From contig JAEOSK010000009.1 of assembly GCA_016840405.1 (NCBI GenBank), positions 26,808 to 90,807 of the forward strand: 64,000 nt of DNA, given 5' to 3'. Source of the stretch: Candidatus Hermodarchaeum yapensis. GTDB lineage: Archaea > Asgardarchaeota > Hermodarchaeia > Hermodarchaeales > Hermodarchaeaceae. This document shows positions 10,167-19,392 of this stretch, one piece after another. The notes under the pieces are model-generated. The model was not told where the DNA came from, did no database searches, and saw only the letters and a list, made by a program, of their open reading frames with translations. Position 1 is the first letter of the stretch. Each line of letters begins with the position of its first letter. Position numbers and translations under genes: made by a program.

Positions 10167-10766
10167 TTAGATTTCTGAAAATTTCATTTTTTCAGCCAAG
10201 ATTGTTGCGACTGTTTCTCCAGTATCAGTACACTGAATGACATCCTGATTCTGAAGCACAAGGCCACTCTTTTCTAAATTGGTTATCGCTTGATTGATAT
10301 AGTCAGCATCGAAACCGAAGTTAAGAAGTTCATCGACTTGAATAACTCCTCCGAACCTTTTCAACATAAATAGGACTGAAAGATAACCCAATCTAGAAAT
10401 GAGTTTACTAGCCATCAAAAGGTTGTCATCCTCAGCAACCGTCCAAATCGCTGAGGGCACCCAACCAATGAAGTTGTAATAATCGACTTCATCGAATTTG
10501 TGAAGCAATTCAAGTATAGGACCTTCTGTACCAGGTTGAACTCCTAATACGCTTTTTCCCAATTTAACAAACGGTAATTGATCCATAATGCCTGAATAAT
10601 GATAAGTACGGGTAACTTCTTTGCCACCTTTTAGCAGCTGTTTAACTTGTTGGGTGTATCCATATAATTCTCGGAAAAAACGGGTCTTTCTAGACTGGTT
10701 AGAGCCTTTAGGTTGCTTGAAATCAAATGAGACGATCCATAATCTCTTCGTGCCGCTTACTTGCAT
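10167..10766 (-). CDS. Cas2/VapD/PaaX-like ferredoxin-fold domain fused to wHTH
   Basis: WIVSFDF..SRKTRFFRELYG..KLGKSVL, then a C-terminal wHTH; start moved to ATG 10766 because GGAGG precedes it. Confidence 0.6.
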   Translation of the reverse strand: MQVSGTKRLWIVSFDFKQPKGSNQSRKTRFFRELYGYTQQVKQLLKGGKEVTRTYHYSGIMDQLPFVKLGKSVLGVQPGTEGPILELLHKFDEVDYYNFIGWVPSAIWTVAEDDNLLMASKLISRLGYLSVLFMLKRFGGVIQVDELLNFGFDADYINQAITNLEKSGLVLQNQDVIQCTDTGETVATILAEKMKFSEI

Positions 10767-10855
10767 CTTGCTTCCTCCGGAATTTGCCCAACAATTAAAC
10801 ATAAGGTAGTGGATTCCCTAAAAGTTAAACTAAAGAAAATTAACTGAAAGGAATG

Positions 10856-10886
10856 ACTTCAATAATTTCATTAATTTTATTGAAGT
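10856..10886. repeat. 9-bp repeat array C with inverted repeat
   Basis: acttcaata atttcatta attttattg; ACTTCAATAA-N11-TTATTGAAGT. Confidence 0.7.
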
Positions 10887-10904
10887 TATTTCTTTTTATG
10901 CTAT

Positions 10905-11273
10905 TTACGATTTGCGTTGAAGCTTTTCGAAGACCTCAGGAAAATCTGATTTTATCTTCGCCTCGAGTGCCTCTGCAATAAACCGCGATTTACCACCAAA
11001 CCCACCATATTTACCTTCTCCTGATTTTGTGGCAGCAATTGCCACATAATCCAAGGCGGCTTTGATCCACGCTGGAATGCTCGCACTTATAGTTCTGCGT
11101 CCTTCGTATTCACTTTCAATGCGTAAGCGTTTAAGACTTGAATCACCGACTCTTGATGATAATTCTTCTAACTCGATATCAGATGTTTTTTCTGCTGGTT
11201 TTTTTGATTCTTTTTTGGGTTTGGTTTCTTTTTCCTTCTTCAATCGTTCTCTTATCAGATCCGTAGCCGACAT
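10905..11273 (-). CDS. Ribbon-helix-helix protein with charged N-terminal tail
   Basis: RTISASIP (strand), AWIKAALDYVA (helix), GKSRFIAEALE (helix); K/E-rich N-terminus. Confidence 0.75.
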   Translation of the reverse strand: MSATDLIRERLKKEKETKPKKESKKPAEKTSDIELEELSSRVGDSSLKRLRIESEYEGRRTISASIPAWIKAALDYVAIAATKSGEGKYGGFGGKSRFIAEALEAKIKSDFPEVFEKLQRKS

Positions 11274-11285
11274 GATTTATTCACC

Positions 11286-12599
11286 TCACACAAATGTGGA
11301 ACCCTTGGTCCATAGTTCAGTAGCCTGAATACGTCCCGCTTCAGGACTGTAGATAAGGCCTTGTTTTTCAAATAGATCGAAATCCTCCAATACGTTTTCC
11401 CAAGAGCTATCATGAATTTGTAGCCAGTCTTCAATTTCATCAAGTGATCTTGCAACAGAAAGGAAACTCAGAAGCTCAGTTTGAAATGAAGAAAATTCTG
11501 CTCTTGCCCGTTTTACCTCTTTTTGTACAAACCGTTGAACGTAGTTGAAGTCTATTTGATATGCTGATAGAATATGATCTAGCGTGTAACCATCGTTTAC
11601 AAGAACTTCAGCACCACGAACTGCATCCTGAAGACAGCGTAATAATAGCTCAAGCATAATCCCGGGATTACCCCCAGAATAACTGAAAATACCCTCTAGT
11701 GCTTCAACTGTATAGGGATACAGTAACTCTTTCACTGTATCAGACTCATAATCTACACTATCCTCCGAATTCGATTGCAGTTTGTCCATTGCACCTTTGA
11801 GGTAGGCTATTCTCCAGAGCATGACTTTCATTGCACTTGATTTATTCATTCGACGCATATCGTAGATTTCAACGAACCGTCTTCGAATAGCAGACTTGGT
11901 TCCATGACCTAAGGTTTCTCCAACTGATGAGAGTATTTCAAGAGTCTTAATAGCACTCTCGCCAACACGGGTAATTACTGCCAAGGCTAGGACAACGTAT
12001 CGACGTCCATCTCTGGTTTTGTCGTTTACCATTCGTAATAGCGTATCTACAATACGTACACGATTATCAGGTCTTTGGCGTTCTAATTGTCGAAATTCAT
12101 CAATTAAGAAAACATATGAGGTTCCATTTTCTTCTGCATCCGTTCTTAATGCCAATAGTAAACGAGAAAGCCGTTTAGCAACTGAACCACTGCGTACGAC
12201 ACGAACACCAACTCTGTCAATTAGGAAATCACGCACAGTTTGTTCTCCAATGTTTGCATGAACCAGGTCATCAATTAAAGCATCAGCCGAACTAACACCT
12301 TCAAGTCTTATGGCCCGAATATTTGGTAGACGATTTAATGATTGCTGGATCATTTCTAAAAATGTGGTTTTTCCCGCGCCCAATGGACCAGATACGACCA
12401 CACTAGCTGTTTGATTACGCAGATAGTTAACGGCTCTCTTTATTGCTAGGGCTTCCCCTTCTGGAACTACATACAGCTCGTCAGAATCAATGCCAAATAG
12501 CTCAATTCTCTCTGTTTTGAATCCCCATTTTGAAAGCATTTGTTGATCGAATTTTTGTGTTCGTTCGACTAATCGATCCAGCTCACTCAGTTTCATCAC
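11286..12599 (-). CDS. AAA+ ATPase (ExeA/TnsC/Cdc6-like clade) with C-terminal wHTH
   Basis: Walker A GPLGAGKTT, Walker B FLIDE, AIRRRF, YSGGNPG, terminal wHTH. Confidence 0.8.
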   Translation of the reverse strand: MMKLSELDRLVERTQKFDQQMLSKWGFKTERIELFGIDSDELYVVPEGEALAIKRAVNYLRNQTASVVVSGPLGAGKTTFLEMIQQSLNRLPNIRAIRLEGVSSADALIDDLVHANIGEQTVRDFLIDRVGVRVVRSGSVAKRLSRLLLALRTDAEENGTSYVFLIDEFRQLERQRPDNRVRIVDTLLRMVNDKTRDGRRYVVLALAVITRVGESAIKTLEILSSVGETLGHGTKSAIRRRFVEIYDMRRMNKSSAMKVMLWRIAYLKGAMDKLQSNSEDSVDYESDTVKELLYPYTVEALEGIFSYSGGNPGIMLELLLRCLQDAVRGAEVLVNDGYTLDHILSAYQIDFNYVQRFVQKEVKRARAEFSSFQTELLSFLSVARSLDEIEDWLQIHDSSWENVLEDFDLFEKQGLIYSPEAGRIQATELWTKGSTFV

Positions 12600-12643
12600 G
12601 CCTCAGTTATTTTGGAGAAATGTGGGTTCTGTATTATAAGGAT

Positions 12644-12706
12644 TATTGATAGTATTAAAAACATAAAACTAGATAAATTTATTGAATTCATTGAAATTAT
12701 TACAAA
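12644..12706 (+). repeat. Phased 9-bp repeat array D (7 units, upstream of the ATPase)
   Basis: tattgatag tattaaaaa cataaaact agataaatt tattgaatt cattgaaat tattacaaa. Confidence 0.72.
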
Positions 12707-12714
12707 ATCATGTG

Positions 12715-13314
12715 CTAAATTCGTGTAAATGCTATAATATCAATCTTAGTGACGATTCCCACAGGACGTCCTTGATCCTCTATTAATAATGCCTCAACGC
12801 CTGATGCGATTTTGGAGAATGCAAGTTCTACACTCTCGTTAATATCAATTGATGGAAAAGGCTCTTCCATTATTTCATTGACTGATAATGAGAAGACTCT
12901 CTGTGAGTCCATGACCATCAATTTTCGAAGTATAGTACCTTCACTAATACACCCAACAGATTTGTTCTTTTTAATGACAGGAAGTTGTGATATGCCATGA
13001 CGCCTCATCAGTATTACTGCACTTCGTACTTTGTCATTGGGGCTGACCCCGATTAATTGTTGCATCTTTGTAGTTTGGCCTTTCCATTTTAACAGCTTTC
13101 GTAGACTTGGAGAAACCTGTTCTTGATCTTCGATTGCACTAAGAATTCGTTTAAGCGTAATAATGCTCGGATTCACTTGGCCGTTTTCTATTCGTGCAAC
13201 TAAAGACTGACTAATCCCAACTCGAGTAGCAAGTTCTTCTTGCGTGAGCCCAACTTTCTTTCGGAGTTCTTGCAGTTCCTTTGGCGTTGGGACACGAAAT
13301 TCACTCATCATCAA
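12715..13314 (-). CDS. XRE-HTH + CBS domain regulator
   Basis: GLTQEELATRVGISQSLVARIE; ISQLPV; GIVTKID. Confidence 0.9.
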   Translation of the reverse strand: MMMSEFRVPTPKELQELRKKVGLTQEELATRVGISQSLVARIENGQVNPSIITLKRILSAIEDQEQVSPSLRKLLKWKGQTTKMQQLIGVSPNDKVRSAVILMRRHGISQLPVIKKNKSVGCISEGTILRKLMVMDSQRVFSLSVNEIMEEPFPSIDINESVELAFSKIASGVEALLIEDQGRPVGIVTKIDIIAFTRI

Positions 13315-13400
13315 ACACTAACCGAAAGCATATACTACTTGATGATAACTCCAAAAGAATTAATACTTCGCTTTCGTCGGTTCAAAGGGAGTTGACGCCG

Positions 13401-15725
13401 ATGACTAATATTCAACAAGCAGAAATTCGTGTTGTCGGCGTTGTACAGGGAATTGGCTTCCGTCCATTTATCTATGCCCAAGCCACACAACGTAATTTGT
13501 TAGGATACGTTTTGAATACTGGAAATTCTGCTGTTTTGATAGTTGTAGAAGGCGATAAAAAGAAAATTATTGAATTCATTGAATCCATTGAAAAAGATAA
13601 ACCATATCTTGCCGTAATTGACAGCATCCGCACAATATGGGGAACCCCAACCGGGAAATATACAAACTTTCAGATTCGAATTTCGAAGGACGAACAAAAG
13701 GCGGGCGGTTCAGTAATTCCCGCTGATATTGCCGTTTGCGAAGATTGTATTAGAGACATGGCTAGTCCGAAGTCGAGACATTATCAATATCCAATGACTT
13801 GTTGTGCTATTTGTGGTCCACGCTACACAACAATTACCAACACACCCTATGACCGAGAACGAACAACTATGAACGAGTTCCCCCTCTGCAAAGATTGCGC
13901 AACAGAGTTCGACAATCCATTAGACCGCCGATACAACGCCCAAACCATTTGTTGCCCAATCTGTGGTCCCAAATTTTCACTATTAGAATCTGGTGGAGTA
14001 TCCGTTATTGTCGATGACGTTTTCAAAGAAACGGTGAAGCTTCTGAACGAAGGAGCCATTATTGCCGTAAAAGGCTTAGGGGGTATACATCTTGCAGTTA
14101 GAGCTAATCTTGAAGAACCAACTCAACGACTTCGACAATTACGGAAAAAACCCAATAAACCCCTGGCCATAATGTCAACAAATCTCAAAGATATTCGACA
14201 GTATGCAAAAGTAAATCAAGATGAAGAAAAGCTCTTGACCTCTTGGCGTCGACCGATAGTAGTCTTGGATCAAAAATCTCCTTTCCCACTATCCCCAGCA
14301 CTAGCACCTGGATTGAATACAATTGGCGTAATGCTTCCTTATTCAGGAATCTATTTGCGATTATTTGAAGGCCTTGATGATCTCGCATTAGTGATGACAA
14401 GCGCAAATCCTGTGGGATTACCGACCCTCATCCATGCAACCACCTTCCAAGAACAATTCATGAAAATGGCTGACTACTTCCTCACTCATGATCGTACTAT
14501 ATACCAACGATGTGATGACTCGGTTGTCATTCCAATTTATGACCAAGCACTTATTGTCCGTCGTTCAAGAGGCTATACTCCTGAACCTATTGATACTGCC
14601 GATATTGGACCTCCAATTCTCGCTCTTGGAGCAATGGAAAAAAACACAGGAGCAATTTACCACAATAAACGAATCTATCTTACACAGCACATTGGCGATA
14701 TTGATACAGTAGAGACAATGCAGTTCCTTCAAGAAAGCCTCACACATCTCCAACAACTTCTTCGAGTAAATACCTTTGATGCTATTGCCTGCGATTTACA
14801 TCCTGATTTTCTCACAACTCAATATGGCGAAAAGATATCTGATGAACACCAAGTTCCCCTTATCCGGGTACAACACCACCACGCACACCTTGCGGCACTA
14901 TTAGCTGATCACCAACTCAAAGCGGATGAAGAAATCGTCGCTATCTGTTGCGATGGCGCAGGGTACGGTCCTGATGATACAATTTGGGGAGGCGAAATCC
15001 TCGTAGGTAACGCACAAAAGTACAAACGTGTAGGTCATCTGGAACAACAGCTCATGCCCGGTGGAGATCTTGCTGCTCGTTACCCGCTCCGTATGCTCAT
15101 CGGTATTCTGTCAAGGCATTATTCACAGGATCAATTATATGATCATTTCAAAGAAATTGCCACAAACACCTTACCACAAGGCACATCAGAATTGAGAATA
15201 GCACTCAAACAAGCGTACCAGAAAATCAATGCTCCGTTGACATCAAGTACAGGAAGAGTACTAGATTCACTTGCTGCACTCTTCCAAGTATGCTATACAC
15301 GTTCATACGAAGGTGAGCCTGCCATCCGATTCGAGTCTTTTGCAAATTCGGGCTCAGCCAACTCCAAAATTAAATTACAGATTCCCAAGAACAGACAAGG
15401 TAACTTAACAATCTTAGATACTAGCAGCTTCATTAAGCAAATTATGGACTTGCAATCCGACTTTAAGACTCCGGATCTGGCATATGCTGCACATCGCGCG
15501 CTTGGGTATGCATTGGCTGACACTGCTATTCAAGCAGCACAAAAACAAGGAATATCGAAAATCGGGTTTTCCGGAGGAGTTGCATACAACAAGATTCTCA
15601 CAAGAACTATACGAACAAATATTGAAGACCAAGGTCTTACGTTCCTAATGCACAACAAAGTTCCACCTGGTGACGCAGGAACATCTGTGGGTCAGGCTCT
15701 TGTAGCACGATCCATGATACAATAA
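13401..15725 (+). CDS. hypF: Hydrogenase maturation carbamoyltransferase HypF
   Basis: GVVQGIGFRPF, CxxC zinc fingers, KGLGGIHL, QHHHAH, PPGDAG; ATG 13401 preferred. Confidence 0.95.
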   Translation: MTNIQQAEIRVVGVVQGIGFRPFIYAQATQRNLLGYVLNTGNSAVLIVVEGDKKKIIEFIESIEKDKPYLAVIDSIRTIWGTPTGKYTNFQIRISKDEQKAGGSVIPADIAVCEDCIRDMASPKSRHYQYPMTCCAICGPRYTTITNTPYDRERTTMNEFPLCKDCATEFDNPLDRRYNAQTICCPICGPKFSLLESGGVSVIVDDVFKETVKLLNEGAIIAVKGLGGIHLAVRANLEEPTQRLRQLRKKPNKPLAIMSTNLKDIRQYAKVNQDEEKLLTSWRRPIVVLDQKSPFPLSPALAPGLNTIGVMLPYSGIYLRLFEGLDDLALVMTSANPVGLPTLIHATTFQEQFMKMADYFLTHDRTIYQRCDDSVVIPIYDQALIVRRSRGYTPEPIDTADIGPPILALGAMEKNTGAIYHNKRIYLTQHIGDIDTVETMQFLQESLTHLQQLLRVNTFDAIACDLHPDFLTTQYGEKISDEHQVPLIRVQHHHAHLAALLADHQLKADEEIVAICCDGAGYGPDDTIWGGEILVGNAQKYKRVGHLEQQLMPGGDLAARYPLRMLIGILSRHYSQDQLYDHFKEIATNTLPQGTSELRIALKQAYQKINAPLTSSTGRVLDSLAALFQVCYTRSYEGEPAIRFESFANSGSANSKIKLQIPKNRQGNLTILDTSSFIKQIMDLQSDFKTPDLAYAAHRALGYALADTAIQAAQKQGISKIGFSGGVAYNKILTRTIRTNIEDQGLTFLMHNKVPPGDAGTSVGQALVARSMIQ
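13568..13594 (+). repeat. 9-bp repeat array E inside hypF
   Basis: tattgaatt cattgaatc cattgaaaa. Confidence 0.5.
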
Positions 15726-15768
15726 GCATATTCAACAGTAGTTCGCTATTTTTCCACATTCTGAAACT

Positions 15769-15795
15769 CATTTATTTCATTGAATTCATTAAGTT
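15769..15795 (+). repeat. 9-bp repeat array F abutting the first ORB
   Basis: catttattt cattgaatt cattaagtt. Confidence 0.65.
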
Positions 15796-15806
15796 CCAGT
15801 GGAAAT
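15793..15806 (+). promoter_or_regulatory. ORB element 1 (no G-string)
   Basis: GTTCCAGTGGAAAT. Confidence 0.75.
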
Positions 15807-15861
15807 TATCCACAACTAATATAAATAACCGTAAATTATCTAGACGTAGAGTTGTGGTATT

Positions 15862-16155
15862 ATGGCTGCTACCCGAACCACCCAACGAACACCCCACAGT
15901 ACTCAAAAAACGAAACAACGTACCCGAACAACTACCCGTCCACCTGAGCCAGGCGACGTCAAAAGTCATATTACTAGCCTACTCCGAGATCAAGGTGCCT
16001 TAACGCGGGGAGAGATTACCGTCAGGACAGGGATCCCAAGAACAACTGTCTATGATACTCTAATGAATTTACTGATTTCCGGAACTGTTGAGAAGTATGT
16101 TGAACGAAACGGTAAGCGTGGTAGGCCCTCTGTATACTATCAACTGGTAGCTTAG
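15862..16155 (+). CDS. Small TrmB-like wHTH protein
   Basis: LTRGEITVRTGIPRTTVYDTL...KRGRPSVYY. Confidence 0.8.
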   Translation: MAATRTTQRTPHSTQKTKQRTRTTTRPPEPGDVKSHITSLLRDQGALTRGEITVRTGIPRTTVYDTLMNLLISGTVEKYVERNGKRGRPSVYYQLVA

Positions 16156-16168
16156 GAGACTAGGTATA

Positions 16169-16189
16169 CCCCTTAATTTCCACTGGAAC
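16169..16189 (-). promoter_or_regulatory. ORB element 2
   Basis: - strand GTTCCAGTGGAAATTAAGGGG. Confidence 0.88.
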
Positions 16190-16373
16190 TGCTTTTTAGT
16201 CGGATTTTTTGTTACCCTTTCAAATAAGTGGAAAATGCGCAAAAACAACTTCTATACTATTAAAGAAAACGTGTTAGAGAAGGTAAACTATTAATATAAC
16301 AATAGTAGAAAACTACTGGGGAAGATTCTTCGAATTATATAAAAACAAGACCAAACTTTCTTTGTTCTTCGAC

Positions 16374-16393
16374 TTCCAGTGGAAACAAAGGGG
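16374..16393 (+). promoter_or_regulatory. ORB element 3
   Basis: TTCCAGTGGAAACAAAGGGG. Confidence 0.9.
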
Positions 16394-16528
16394 AGTGACA
16401 ATTGATTCTATTTTTCCATTGATCTCTGAGGCCTTGTTACTTTGCCAATAGTAGATTAATTTTTTAAAGTTTATAACTATAGTTCATAATTTTTTTCCTA
16501 TGAAATAAAAAGTTTGAAAGAAACTGTT

Positions 16529-16999
16529 TTAGACTTTTGTGGCCAGGATAGCTGCAATCTCTTCTGTTAAATCTTCGATTTTAACTCGATACTCGCGTTG
16601 GGCAGCTGATCCACGACGTGTAAGAGTGCCATTGTCATGCATTCTTTTAAGGTATTGTGAGGCGGTGGCTAGTCGTAGGGGTGGGTGAAAGGTTCTTTCA
16701 TAGAGTTCTTGGATATCTTTGGAAGTGAACCATCCGTGACGACAGTGGCGAAGAGTGATATAGCGGACTTTTTGAAACACGGTCCAGGAATCCACATCAG
16801 CTAGGGGTTGTATCTCAGTTGTGGGTTCGTGGGCTGGAACCTCGGTGCCGGATTGACTGAGGGCTGTGACCAGAGATTCGGTGATGGAAGAGGGTAATCC
16901 GTCTGTAAAAGTGATAGTTACGTCACAGGTTTTTCCTTCGATGGTAAGTCCTTCGATGGTAATCTTTTGTTTACGTTTTTTCATGGGAGGCTCACCCAC
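16529..16999 (-). CDS. Origin-embedded protein with C-terminal wHTH
   Basis: GWFTSKDIQELYE..LATASQYLKRM..GTLTRRG. Confidence 0.75.
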   Translation of the reverse strand: MGEPPMKKRKQKITIEGLTIEGKTCDVTITFTDGLPSSITESLVTALSQSGTEVPAHEPTTEIQPLADVDSWTVFQKVRYITLRHCRHGWFTSKDIQELYERTFHPPLRLATASQYLKRMHDNGTLTRRGSAAQREYRVKIEDLTEEIAAILATKV

Positions 17000-17289
17000 T
17001 GGTGACTAGCTGGCTCTCCATGTCCCCACTAGAGAGGCGTGTTCACAGTGATAAAAGTGTGACGGTGTGAAGAGTGGTTGTATTGTAGCACTGATTATTT
17101 GCATGGTGCTGCTTACTTCTGTTGTATAATAAGCTAAAGCGTTCTTCTGCTTGTTCTGGTGTGTTATGAAAAATAAGGTGTCTCCGGTGTTCTTTTTACC
17201 TTTCAAGGATTTTCTCCATAGCCCGAGTGTGTTCACAGATTCTTCACGTGTTGATAATAATTTCTAAGAATCTAAGGCTTTATTGGATA

Positions 17290-17310
17290 GTTCCAGTGGA
17301 AACAAAGGGG
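17290..17310 (+). promoter_or_regulatory. ORB element 4
   Basis: GTTCCAGTGGAAACAAAGGGG. Confidence 0.9.
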
Positions 17311-17394
17311 TGAGTCTTTGTTGATTTGAAAATATACTAAATTTGGCTGTTTTTAAAAGAAAAAAGTGTTCTAAATCAGTTTATGATATTGAGA

Positions 17395-17422
17395 GTTCAC
17401 AATTAACGCGCCAATTGTGAAC
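17395..17422. promoter_or_regulatory. Inverted repeat upstream of cdc6
   Basis: GTTCACAATT-N8-AATTGTGAAC. Confidence 0.5.
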
Positions 17423-17555
17423 AAATTAAACCTTGTTTATTGAAGAAGATAGTTAATAAGAGTTATTTCTGCGAAACCCTAATATTGGAGGTGCGTGCAC
17501 TTCCAAAAGAAACGCTAGTATTTCCTATGGGAGCATTCTGGAGGAAATCTATTAA

Positions 17556-18791
17556 ATGGACGACCCACGGCCTTTGGACAGGATTTTTGAACGTTTTAGT
17601 ACTGGCCCAACTCTTATTCGTGATCGTAAAGTTCTTTGGCATTCATATGTTCCAGATGACCTTCCACATCGTGAGGAACAGATTACACAAATCGGAAGCA
17701 TATTAGCGACGGGGTTGAAAGGGAGTCGTCCATCAAACGTTTTTGTTTATGGTAAACCGGGAACTGGAAAAACAGCAGTGACTCGGTATGTTCTTCGGGA
17801 ACTAACTACTAAGTTTGGTGAACTACAGTTACCCTTCAAAGCTGTGTATTTGAATTGCCGGAATGTGGATACAGATTATCGTGTATTGGCGCGCATCTGT
17901 GCGGAGTTGGGTCAGAAAGTTCCGTTTACAGGGCTGCCAACTGATGAAGTTCATTCACGCTTGGTCGAGTTGCTAGAAAGCCAAGATCTCTTAACCATTA
18001 TTGTACTCGATGAAATCGACCGTTTAGTTTTGAAGAGCGGAGATGACACGCTCTATAAGTTGACTCGAATTAATTATGATCTTACGAGTGCTCGTGTCAG
18101 TTTGATTGGAATATCCAACGATCTTCGCTTCCCTGAGTATCTTGACCCTCGGGTGTTGAGTAGCTTAAGTGAGGAGAAGGTCATTTTTCATCCTTACACC
18201 GCATTACAGCTACAAGATATTCTTCGGCGTCGAAGTTCTCATGGACTGAAAAATGGTATTTTAGAAGAACCAGGAGTAATCAACCTATGTGCTGCTTTGG
18301 CTGCACGTGAAGAAGGTGACGCACGACGGGCTCTTGATCTCTTTCGTGTAGCAGTAGAAATTGCTGAACGTGAGGGAAGTAAAGAGGTAAAAGTTGACCA
18401 TGTTGAAAAGGCACGTTTAAGCATTGAACGTGATACTGTTCTTGAAGTACTAAGGACATTACCCGTGCAACAGAAACTTGTTCTTTATGCGGTGTATGTA
18501 TTAGAACGTCATAAACATCCACATCCAGTTACAGGAGAGGTGCAAGATGTGTACGGTGAATTTTGTTCGCAGTTGGGTATGGATCCTTTAACCCAGCGTC
18601 GGGTTAGCGATCTCATCAATGATCTTGATGCCATTGGAGTAGTTAATGCTAAGGTTGTAAGTAAAGGACGATATGGACGAACCAAAATTATCCGGTTGAG
18701 TGTCCCGAAAACAATGATTGCAGATGTATTAGAACGAGATAGTCGAATTAAGGCGCTATCAAGTTATGTTCCAGCAACCCCGGGTAAATAG
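17556..18791 (+). CDS. cdc6: Cdc6/Orc1-1 initiator (origin-adjacent)
   Basis: YVPDDLPHRE, GKPGTGKT, LDEID, GDARRAL, SKGRYGRT. Confidence 0.96.
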   Translation: MDDPRPLDRIFERFSTGPTLIRDRKVLWHSYVPDDLPHREEQITQIGSILATGLKGSRPSNVFVYGKPGTGKTAVTRYVLRELTTKFGELQLPFKAVYLNCRNVDTDYRVLARICAELGQKVPFTGLPTDEVHSRLVELLESQDLLTIIVLDEIDRLVLKSGDDTLYKLTRINYDLTSARVSLIGISNDLRFPEYLDPRVLSSLSEEKVIFHPYTALQLQDILRRRSSHGLKNGILEEPGVINLCAALAAREEGDARRALDLFRVAVEIAEREGSKEVKVDHVEKARLSIERDTVLEVLRTLPVQQKLVLYAVYVLERHKHPHPVTGEVQDVYGEFCSQLGMDPLTQRRVSDLINDLDAIGVVNAKVVSKGRYGRTKIIRLSVPKTMIADVLERDSRIKALSSYVPATPGK

Positions 18792-18813
18792 AACCGCGTT
18801 AAAGGTTGTCAGT

Positions 18814-19392
18814 ATGTTTAGTGTACCACGTAATCCAGTTGGCCTTGTGGATTATGCACTTCGTGCTCTCGGTAAAGATCATGTACCAATTCAACAGCTA
18901 GTATTCTTTCTTTCCTTTGATATCCGGCAGATGGCTCCTTCGCAGGCACTTAAACTTATTAAACGCCTTCAATCTGAAGGGCAGATAAGTATCGAAAACG
19001 GTTTGGTAAAAGTGTCTCATGAAATGGTGGTTGATACCGAAATCCCCACTCAGACAGCTTCAACAAATTTGGGTGAGCATCTACGATTATTTGTTAGCTC
19101 ATCCCGTTTATCTCGTGCAGTGGGAATGAACAATCAAGCCATTGAATTCATCCGCGTGTCTCAAAATCCATTGAAAGTGGAGGCCACGGTTCATGGATCT
19201 CAAGATTATATTCTCATCCTTGATGAAGCTAGCCGACGGATAGCTCATAATTGCCCTGACTGGCGAAAAGTCAGTTTGCTTCATCGATTCTGCAAACACG
19301 TGGCGAAATTATTCTTGATTTTAGAAAAGGAAGAATCTATTCGACTTCTCCAGTCGTTGCAGGTGGAATCGTGGGAATTCGAACAACTCTAA
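18814..19392 (+). CDS. SWIM-type zinc-finger protein
   Basis: HNCPDW...FCKH; start uncertain (18766 or 18814). Confidence 0.7.
   Translation: MFSVPRNPVGLVDYALRALGKDHVPIQQLVFFLSFDIRQMAPSQALKLIKRLQSEGQISIENGLVKVSHEMVVDTEIPTQTASTNLGEHLRLFVSSSRLSRAVGMNNQAIEFIRVSQNPLKVEATVHGSQDYILILDEASRRIAHNCPDWRKVSLLHRFCKHVAKLFLILEKEESIRLLQSLQVESWEFEQL

Larger units (their letters stand above)
15793..17310. other. Chromosomal replication origin (oriC) region
   Basis: Four ORB motifs, AT-rich tracts (16190-16373, 16440-16528), adjacent cdc6 and polD1. Confidence 0.88.

Noticed and set aside
11286-12599. ATPase as ParA/SegA or as the TnsC of a transposon
   Set aside because: Lacks the deviant Walker A; no transposase or terminal repeats nearby.
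13281-13400. N-terminal extension of HypF
   Set aside because: Overlaps the divergent gene; homology begins at ATG 13401.
7447-15795. 9-bp arrays or ORBs as a CRISPR array (Cas2-like gene nearby)
   Set aside because: No 23-47-bp repeats with unique spacers, and no other cas genes.
17006-17706. ORFs 17006-17236 and 17440-17706
   Set aside because: No recognisable motifs; they lie in origin DNA or overlap cdc6 out of frame.
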